Under the pieces are notes generated by a model. The model worked only from the letters and a program-made list of their open reading frames with translations, had not been told where the DNA came from and did not search any database. Both the position numbers and the translations under genes were made by a program. Shown here in pieces: positions 10,966 to 19,746 of a stretch of 64,000 nt of DNA; the stretch's first letter is position 1; each line of letters begins with the position of its first letter. The stretch comes from Octopus sinensis (lineage: Eukaryota), in the NCBI RefSeq assembly GCF_006345805.1, contig NW_021833827.1, positions 1 through 64,000 on the forward strand. The letters are read 5' to 3'.

Positions 10966-11479
10966 GGCACCAAAATCTTTTAAGTAATTAGGGCCTCTAT
11001 GAGTCTTAATCCAGCCCTGGCCTTATGTAATGTACTCCTTGGTAAACTATGCCTAAATGGGTTACAACACAAAAGAAATCAGTTTAAACTTGCTCAAATA
11101 ATATTCAGGATGCCCTATCTCTACTAAGTATAGAACCAGATGTGTAACATAGGATTAATTTTGAGGATTTGATAAAAAAAAACAGTTAGAGAAAACTGTG
11201 CAAATATAAATAAACACATAAATTGTGAGTAAAGTTTGGTGGAAGATTTTAATACAGAACTTTTGAAAACAAGACATTTGTAATACAGAGCCAGAGGTGG
11301 TTTCAGGTGGATTGATAAAAAAAGGGTTAAATGAAAAACTTTTAAGTTAATAAATTTTGGGAGTTCTTTCAAAATTTGAATTTTCAACAGTTGGTTTATA
11401 ACATCCTCCACCAGATCTGATGTTTGTGCCACTTCATGATTCCATGATCAGTTATATATAATGTGTAATTTCTGTATAT

Positions 11480-11564
11480 TCACCTGATGAAAATGTATGT
11501 TTTTTCGTATGATGTAATATCTCTATTTATCAATAAAAAAACATGTTGGAAACAGCTGTAGTGA
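11480..11564 (+). ncRNA. Decayed type I hammerhead motif
   Basis: TCAC-CTGATGA-...-GAAA-C-AGCT-GT-A-GTGA. Stems I and III and the core are intact. Stem II (ATGTTTTTT/AAAAAACAT) is mispaired at its base. Confidence 0.5.
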
Positions 11565-11586
11565 TTGAATGCTTATCCATCTGTTA

Positions 11587-11836
11587 TTGTGGTTTTGATT
11601 CCTGGACCAAGTGATGTGTTGTGTTCTTGAGCAAAACACTTCATTTCACATTGCTCCAGTCTACTCAGCTGTAGAAATGAGTACCGCTAGTGGAGGCACA
11701 TCACTTAGTGCTTTAGGGTGTTGGACACATGAGCGTGAGATTGTGGTTTCAATTCTTAGGTCAGAGAGTCTGTTGCGTTCTTGAGCAAAACACTTCATTT
11801 TATGTTGCTCCACTCCACTCAGCTGGTTAAAATGAG
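11587..11836 (+). mobile_element. Two adjacent partial family F SINEs
   Basis: TTCTTGAGCAAAACACTTCATTT...GTTGCTCCA...CTCAGCTG occurs twice. The second copy starts at 11,691 with a degenerate tRNA head. Confidence 0.7.
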
Positions 11837-11952
11837 TTTAGCCTGGAGAGGGATGGGCACTGCAAGGCTTTCTTGCCCTAGATACGCTATCTGGCTGCAG
11901 CACCCTATGACCCCCAAGGGAGTAAGGAACTTGTCAATAAATATAAATATTA

Positions 11953-12220
11953 AGGCGGCGAGCTGGCAGAAACGTTAGCACACCGGGCGAAATGCTTAGC
12001 GGTATTTCGTCTGTCTTTACATTCTGAGTTGAAATTTCAGGCCTTGTGCCTCATCTTATATGGACTATCAAGAATCAAGTGGACCCTGGTTGAAAACCAC
12101 TGATTTAACCAGGGTTGTGGAGTTGGTAACTTAAGTACCAGTTGTGTACTGGGGTCGATCTAATCGACTGGCACCTCTCCCCCGAAATTTTGGGCTATGT
12201 GCTTAGAGTTGAGAAGAATA
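11953..12220 (+). mobile_element. Interrupted family D SINE
   Basis: Head AGGCGGCGAGCTGGCAGAAACGTTAGC at 11,953 and tail TAAGTACCAG...GGGGTCGATCTAATCGAC at 12,132, with unrelated sequence between them. Confidence 0.65.
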
Positions 12221-12339
12221 CATATAATATATATACACACTCATATACACAAACATACTTACAAATATACATACATATATATGTTTGTATGGGTGTATAT
12301 GTGTGTATGTCATTGTATTTGCGTTCATGCTCTTCCCCA

Positions 12340-12592
12340 ACTGATAAATAACAAATGTTGGTTTATTTATGTCCCTGTAACTTAACGGTTTAGCAAAAGA
12401 GATTGAGAGAGAGTAAATATCAAACGTAAAACAAGAAGAAAAAGTGTAAGAACAAGGGCTGGATCGATTTGTTCGACTAAAACCCTATAAAAGGAAATGC
12501 CCCAGCATGGCCACAGTCCAATGACTGAAACAAGCAACAGACAAAAAGGCAAAAGACAAAAAGACAAAAAGACAAAAAGACAAAAAGACAAA
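12340..12592 (+). mobile_element. Diverged family C-like 3' half with (GACAAAAA)n tail
   Basis: TGTCCCTGTAACTTAACGGTTTAGCAAAAGAG...CCAGCATGGCCACAGTCCAATGACTGAAACAAG. Confidence 0.55.
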
Positions 12593-12807
12593 GAGTCCCC
12601 CTCCCGTACATGCAGATCTAGCCCTCACCTTGCTGTTGATGTTATCCCAGGGGTTTAGGGCAGGGAAGAGCTAAGGGGTTGGCACTATGTTTTGGGTTCA
12701 GGTAATATCAGAAAATATCATAGGCTGAAGTGAAGCTCTAACAGTCCTGTCATACCAATGTTCCCTGATTGACCCCTTCTCCTTCCCTCCCCCCACGCCA
12801 CCCCCAT

Positions 12808-13233
12808 CTATACACATATTGGGGGGCTGGCCTTTTGCTTATTGGATACTTTAAGGCCCTCACCGAGAGGGGTTGGACTTGAAATCTGATTTGCTGAGGG
12901 CCATAACCGGTTCCATAAACCAGCCTCTCTGATACTCTTCACACCTCTGCCAAACAGCTTCAGTATATATATATATATACACACACATACACACATACAC
13001 ACACATACACGCTCACATATCTATACACATATTGGGGGGCTGGCCTTTTGCTTATTGGATACTTTAAGGCCCTCACCGAGAGGGGTTGAACTTGAAATCT
13101 GATTTGCTGAGGGCCATAACCGGTTCCATAAACCAGCCTCTCTGATACTCTTCACACCTCTGCCAAACAGCTTCAGTATATATATATATATACACACACA
13201 TACACACATACACACACATACACGCTCACATAT
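12808..13233. repeat. 213-bp tandem duplication of an unclassified element
   Basis: Near-identical ORFs at 12,808 and 13,021, offset by 213 bp. A third copy lies at ~14,866-15,005. Confidence 0.9.
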
Positions 13234-14343
13234 CTATATACATACACAAATATATATATATATATGTATATACACACACATATACATGTAGTCATACATA
13301 CATACATAATGTGTATAAATATGTATATGTATTCACACAAGCATATATACATATATGTTCATATATATATAATATATATACACACACACACACACATATA
13401 TATATATGTATATATACATATAAGCATATATATAAATATATGCATGCATATATATCTATATACACACACACACACATCTATGTGTATATATACATATAGG
13501 TTCATGTACACTCATATGTATATATGTGTGTGTGTAGTTATATACATCAAGCATGCATACATACCTACATACATACACACATACGTACGTGCATACATAC
13601 ATACATACACTCATACATACACACATAAACACAAACATACATGCATAAATACATACAAACATACATAAAACCTTTTATCGGGGGGTGGGGGTAAAAGCCG
13701 AAAAATATTTGGTTTATGTTGGTAAGTTAAAGAAAATTAAAGAGATCTTTCTTTAAGGGACTAGGGGCCGGAAACGAAATCTTAATGTCAAACAGGTGCC
13801 ATACTTACTGAAACCATATGCAGGATACACTGTAATAGAAAAAAAAAGAAAAAAATATATATATATGTATGTTTAGGTAGGTTTAGTGTTTTGTTGGATG
13901 GGGGTGGGCAGATATAGATTGGAACTAAGAAAATGGGCCGATGTTGCGCGCATGATATTTGTTATGTTACGTAGGGTACTCGATGGAAATGTTACAGTGG
14001 TACCCCTTACTGAGGTTAGGTTGAGGCGTATGGAAATTGTTAATATTTAGGAGCGCAATGGCCCTACTTGCGATATGAGGTGTTAGGTGGGGGGTGGAGG
14101 TTGGTGCTAAGTTCTGCATTCGTTTTGGCACCAACTGTTCAGGTCCCTGCCCAGGGGTTACCAAATACTCAGGAGAATAATGTATGAGAGTACCTTATGG
14201 GAATACTGTGTGGGTCAACCACCCCTTCTAGAAATGGGTATTAGGTATTGATAAACCTATGTATGACAGAACTGATGAGTTTTATTAGCAGTAATTAGCT
14301 GGGGGCCTCTGTCTACATTTTAGGTCCCAAATGAAATATTGCA

Positions 14344-14376
<33 letters not shown>

Positions 14377-14377
14377 G

Positions 14378-14415
<38 letters not shown>

Positions 14416-14514
14416 TATATAAAATATTATTAGAGACAAAACCACTATTTTGCAAAACAAACAAGGAAAGACTTAATCAATACATAAAATTTTAATAAAT
14501 AGTCAAAAAAACCG

Positions 14515-14557
14515 CCACTACAATCGTTTCTTGTCTTGATCGACAATCTTCAGGTGG
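14515..14557 (-). ncRNA. Type I hammerhead motif (left arm of the palindrome)
   Basis: Exact reverse complement of 14,587-14,629. Confidence 0.78.
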
Positions 14558-14586
14558 ACTTCCAATAAGTCAGTTTCAAATTAAGT

Positions 14587-14629
14587 CCACCTGAAGATTG
14601 TCGATCAAGACAAGAAACGATTGTAGTGG
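14587..14629 (+). ncRNA. Type I hammerhead motif (right arm of the palindrome)
   Basis: CCAC-CTGAAGA-TTGTC(GATCAA)GACAA-GAAA-CGATTGT-A-GTGG. 4-bp stem I, 5-bp stem II, stem III ACGATTGT that is self-complementary with G.U pairs, and a GUA site. Confidence 0.8.
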
Positions 14630-14808
14630 CGGTTTTTTTGACTATTTATTAAAATTTTATGTATTGATTAAGTCTTTCCTTGTTTGTTTTGCAAAATAGT
14701 GGTTTTGTCTCTAATAATATTTTATAATATTTTACTATAAAATTGGATTTAATCCTAAATCTGATTTTTTTCCCTGTAAATTTGGATTTATTCCCTAATA
14801 TTTATTAT

Positions 14809-14847
<39 letters not shown>

Positions 14848-15037
14848 GTATTTGCAATATTTCATTTGGGGCTGGCCCTTTGCTTATTGGATACTTTAAG
14901 GCCCTCACCGAGAGGGGTTGAACTTGAAATCTGATTTGTTGAGGGCTGAGGGCGATAACCGGTTCCATAAACCAGCCTGTCTGATACTCTTAACACTTCT
15001 GCCAACGACACAGCCATGCTTGCACCTATATATATAT

Positions 15038-15402
15038 AGGTGCAAGCATGGCTGTGTGGTAAGAAGCTTGCTTCCCAACCACATGGTTCTGGGTTCAGGC
15101 CCACTGAATGGCACTTTGGTCAAGTGTCTTCTACTATAGCCTCAGGGCCAACCAGAGCCTTGTGAGTGGATTTGGTAGACGGAAACTGAAAGAAGCCCAT
15201 CAGATGTATGTATATACTTGTGTGTGTGTGTGTGCTGTCTTTGTGTCTGTGTTTGTCCCCGCCTCCACCGTCCACTGTCTGATAACCAGTGATGGTATGT
15301 TTACATCCCTATAACTTAGAAGTTGAGCAAAACAGACCGATTCAAGGCATTGCTCCAGCATGGCTGCCATCTAACGAATTGAAACAAGTAAAAGATAAAA
15401 GG
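15038..15402 (+). mobile_element. Family C-type SINE, internally deleted
   Basis: Head AGGTGCAAGCATGGCTGTGTGGT...GGTTCAGGCCC and tail GAAACAAGTAAAAGATAAAAG. Confidence 0.75.
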
Positions 15403-15414
15403 TATATACATTCA

Positions 15415-15530
15415 TCATCATCGTTTATTGTCTATTTTCCATGCTGGCATGGGTTGGACGGTTCGACTGGGGTCTGGGAGGCCAGGAGGCTGCACCAGGC
15501 TCCAGTTTGGTCTGGCAGTGTTTTTACAGC
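15415..15530 (-). mobile_element. Family B 3' fragment
   Basis: (CAT)n followed by CCATGCTGGCATGGGTTGGACGGTTCGAC. Confidence 0.7.
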
Positions 15531-15531
15531 T

Positions 15532-16469
15532 TGGTACAAGGCACGAAATTTGGTGGTGGTGGGGACCAGTAAATTAGATCGACCCCAGTACACAACTGGT
15601 ACTTAATTTATCGACTCCGAAAGGATGAAAGGCGAAGTCGACCTCTGCAGAATTCGAACTCAGAACGTAAAGACAGACAAAATACTTATTTCTTTACTAC
15701 CCACAAGGGGCTAAACACAGAGGGGACAAACAAGGACAGACAAACGGATTAAGTCGATTACATCGACCCCAGTGTGTAACTGGTACTTATGTAATCGACT
15801 CCGAAAGGATGAAAGGCGAAGTCGACCTCTGCAGAATTTGAACTCAGAACGTAAAGACAGACGAAATACTTATTTCTTTACTACCCACAAGGGGCTAAAC
15901 ACAGAGGGGACAAACAAGGACAGACAAACGGATTAAGTCGATTACATCGACCCCAGTGTGTAACTGGTACTTATTTAATCGACTCCGAAAGGATGAAAGG
16001 CGAAGTCGACCTCTGCAGAATTTGAACTCAGAACGTAAAGACAGACGAAATACTTATTTCTTTACTACCCACAAGGGGCTAAACACAGAGGGGACAAACA
16101 AGGACAGACAAACGGATTAAGTCGATTACATCGACCCCAGTGTGTAACTGGTACTTATTTAATCGACTCCGAAAGGATGAAAGGCGAAGTCGACCTCTGC
16201 AGAATTTGAACTCAGAACGTAAAGACAGACGAAATACTTATTTCTTTACTACCCACAAGGGGCTAAACACAAAGGGGACAAACAAGGAGAGACAAACGGA
16301 TTAAATCGATTACATCGACCCCAGTGTGTAACTGGTACTTATTTAATCGACTCCGAAAGGATGAAAGGCCAAGTCGACCTCGGCGAAATTTGAACTCAGA
16401 ACGTAACGGCAGACGAAATACTGCTAAGCATTTTGCCCGGCGCGCTAACGTTTCTGCGAGCCTGCCACC
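15532..16469 (-). mobile_element. Family D SINE expanded into a 184-bp tandem array
   Basis: ATTTCTTTACTACCC starts at 15,688, 15,872, 16,056 and 16,240. The tRNA-like head is present only once (~16,425-16,469). Confidence 0.9.
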
Positions 16470-16611
16470 TTGAAGAAATGAAATTTAAAGGGAGAAAACA
16501 ATTGCTATTCTTATTGTCGTTTAACCCCGAGTTAACCTGGTCCAACAGGCACTGGGGTATCATGATATCAATGCTCTGAGTTGGAGGTGAGAATCGAAAG
16601 AGAACATTCTA

Positions 16612-17266
16612 GGATCTTTTCCATTTGACCGGCAGTTTTTTAAAATAATTTCCACCTAACTAAACACTTTTAAACTTCGTATACTGGTAGAACGTGTTTA
16701 TAAAACATCTTTTTCTCTTGGCTTTATTGAGAAAATTCTATAGTTTGTAAGATATTTGTTGTTTTTTTTCTTCAATTCTTGCAATTTCAACCAATCACTG
16801 ACGTCTATTGAGGTAAAAAACATTCTGTGCCGTATGAATATGTCCCTCGGGATCTTTTCGGTTTGACCGGCAGTTTTTTAAAATAATTTCCACATAACTA
16901 AACACTTTTAAACTTCGTATACTGGTAGAATGTATTTATAAAACATCTTTTTCTCCTGGCTTTATTGAGAAAATTCTATAGTTTGTAAGATATTTGTTTT
17001 TTTCTTCACTTTCAGCAATTTCAACCAATCACTGACGTCTATTGAGGTAAAAAAACAAAAAACATTCAGCTCCGTATGAATACGTCCCTCGTTTAAGAAA
17101 CAGATTGGGTTTATTTACATTTGCGAAGAAAAAAAAGATACCCTTCCCCCCACCCCTAACCCTAAAACAGATTGAAATGCAATAGATCGATACTAGGGTC
17201 ATAATTATGGGTAACAATTTCATATGACACCTCTAGAAAAAACTGCCATTCAAACCGAAAAGATCC
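16612..17266. mobile_element. TIR MITE (16,850-17,266) preceded by a 238-bp duplicate of its left part
   Basis: TIR GGATCTTTTCGGTTTGACCGGCAGTTTTT at 16,850 matches AAAAACTGCCATTCAAACCGAAAAGATCC ending at 17,266. The partial copy spans 16,612-16,849. No TSD was recognised. Confidence 0.75.
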
Positions 17267-17551
17267 AAATTATTTACTTTGTGTTTTGTTTACTTCGCTA
17301 GGTAGTCGTTGTAGGATCGACTAGTCACGACTAGCTAGCGCAGATGCGCGAGTACGCGTGAGCGCGCACCGGGACCACTCTTCTTAAGTAGTACTGATGA
17401 TACTCTGGTACAACTTTGAAAGACAGAAAATGGACGAGAGTAGATTATTCTCTTGTAACTATCAAATATAAAAACTAGACAAATGTAGATTGTGCGTCTA
17501 CTATTTTAAAACAGAAGTAAATGATGAGGGTAGTTTATACCTGTACACGTT

Positions 17552-18381
17552 TAATAATAATGAAATTATTGTATACAGTGCTCAGGTGCACCACAACTTG
17601 TCAAAAGTACGTATAAAGCATATGCAGTAATGTATAGATGTCTGGGAAGTGAACAGTGTATGAGTCAGATACATGCTTGCGTGTGTATGGAGGGGAGAAA
17701 ATCAGGTGTAATGTTGGCGAATCTCAGGAAGCATGGAAGTTTTGAAGGATGCAGTGCTCTGACAACTAACAACTGATGCCGGCAGTTTGTTCCATGCTTC
17801 AGCAACTCTCAGCGTGAAAAAATGTTTCCTGAAGTCATGGGAGCTGTGCTGTTTTCTGACTTTGTAAATATGTCCACAGGTGTTAGACAGGTGGAGTTTG
17901 AAAAGGTGCTGAGTTATTGTTTGTAAGATGGTTAATAATTTTATGGGTGTCTGCATATGCAGTAATGTATAGATGTCTGGGAAGTGAACAGTGTATGAGT
18001 CAGATACATGCTTGCGTGTGTATGGAGGGGAGAACATAAGGTGTAGTGTTGGTGAATCTCAGAAAGCATGGAAGTTTTGAAGGATGCAGTGCTCCGACAA
18101 CTAACAACTGATGCCGGCAGTTTGTTCCATGCTCCAGCAACTATTAGCGTGAAAAAATGTTTCCGAAAGTCATGGGAGCTGTGCTGTTTTCTGACTTTGT
18201 AAACATGTCCACGGGTGTTAGACAGGTGGAGTTTGAAAAGGTGCTCAGAGTTATTGTTTGTAAGATGGTTAATAATTTTATGGGGGTCTGCCAAGTCAGC
18301 TGCCAGACGTCGGAGTTTCAATGTATCCATGCTCAGGGAAGTATGGCGTTCAGAACATGGCAAATGCCTGATGGAGGGTGT
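17552..18381 (-). mobile_element. CR1/L2-type LINE 3' fragment with a 335-bp internal duplication
   Basis: ORF PSIRHLPCSER...LKLRRLAADL...LFKLHLSNTRGHVYKVRKQHSSHDFRKHFFTL..AWNKLPASVVSC.STASFK is a typical ORF2 C-terminus. (ATT)n tail and duplicate starts at 17,618 and 17,953. Confidence 0.85.
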
Positions 18382-19197
18382 AAATCAGATACTTACAACT
18401 TTGTTAAAAAGTAATTAGATGAACGTAGGTGATAGTCTTACAACTTTAAAGAGTGAAAACAAACGGATGTAGATGGTATTCTCGTGACTTTCAAAAGGAG
18501 AAAACTGACGAATTTTGATAAAACTCTGACAAATTTAAAAAGAGAAAACGGCCGAAATTAGAGCATATTATTACTCGCCTGAAAAAATGAAAATGGACGA
18601 AGGTTGACCGTATACTTAAAACTTTAAAAAAAAATTTTAATGTATGTCGTAGTCTTACAATTTTGAAACAGAAGAAAGAGACGAAGATAGATCATACTCG
18701 TATACCGTTGAGAAAGAAAATGGTTGAGGGTTAAAAATAAATACTTACGACTTTATAAAAGCGAAAATGGAGGAAGACTATATTCTTACAACTTTGAAAA
18801 AGAGAAGAGAAAATGGACGGGAGTAGATAATGCTCTTGTAACTCTCAAATATGAAAACCAGACATATTTAAATTGTACTCTTTCAACTTGAAAGGAGAAA
18901 GAACAAACAAAGGGAGATCATAGACCATTAAGAAAGAAAACGGTCGGGAAAGAATCATATTTTTACGACTTTGTAAAAAAGAAAATGGATGAACGTAGAT
19001 GATTTTCTTACAAATTTAGAAAGTGAAAACAAACGGAGGTGGATCGGATTCGTAGTTTTGTCAGTTTTAAAAAGAGAAACCAGACGATCGTTGATCATAC
19101 TCTGACAGATTTTAAAAGAGAAAACGACCGAAAGTAGACCATGCTAGTACAACTCTGAAAAAGAGAAAATGGATGAAGGTAGCTTAAAAGTTTTTAG

Positions 19198-19583
19198 GAA
19201 GCACTCCGTCGAATACGATAACGAGGGTTCCGGTTGATCCGAATCAACGGAACAGCCTGCTTGTGAAATTAACGTGTAAGTGGCTGAGCACTCCACAGAC
19301 ACGTTCACCCTTAACGTAGTTCTCGGGGATATTCAGCGTGACAAAGAGAGTGACAAGGCCGGCCCCTTGAAATACAGGTACAACAGAAACAGGAAGTAAG
19401 AGTGAGAGAAAGTTGTGGTGAAAGAGTACAGCAGGGATCACCACCATCCCCTTGCCGGAGCCTCGTGGAGCTTTTTAGGTGTTTTTGCGCAATAAACACT
19501 CACAACGCCCGGTCTGGGAATCGAAAACGCGATCCTATGACAACGAGTCCGCTGCCCTAACCACTGGGCCATAGCGACTCCAC
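19198..19583 (-). mobile_element. tRNA-derived SINE, family E
   Basis: Reverse complement of 53,482-53,868. Imperfect ~17-bp TSD TAGCTTAAAA(G/C)TTTTAG (19,180-19,197 and 19,584-19,600). Confidence 0.9.
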
Positions 19584-19746
19584 TAGCTTAAAACTTTTAG
19601 AGAGAAAAGAAAGGGACGAAGGTGATTGAAGGTAAACCATACGCTTACAACTGGCAAAGCCTCATAACTTTCTAACAAAAACAATCATACGGAAGTACAT
19701 GAGAGTAGATAGTACTGTTACAACTATATGAAATAAAAACCAGGGG

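Larger units (their letters stand above)
14418..14726. repeat. Perfect 144-bp inverted repeat (Penelope-like terminal palindrome)
   Basis: Arms 14,418-14,561 and 14,583-14,726 with a 21-nt spacer. No mismatch was found by eye. Confidence 0.92.
17390..19746 (+). repeat. Diverged ~45-bp monomeric satellite, left flank (interrupted)
   Basis: Recurrent GAAAATGGACGAAGGTAGATCATACTCTTACAACTTTGAAAA-like units. GTAGAT-type anchors at 19,090, 19,134 and 19,179. Confidence 0.8.

Noticed and set aside
15532-16469. CRISPR-like or gene-like array
   Set aside because: Units are near-identical along their whole length with no unique spacers, they match a dispersed SINE, and the context is eukaryotic.
17152-17166. 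Telomere-like CCCTAACCCTAA
   Set aside because: Only two units, internal to a MITE.
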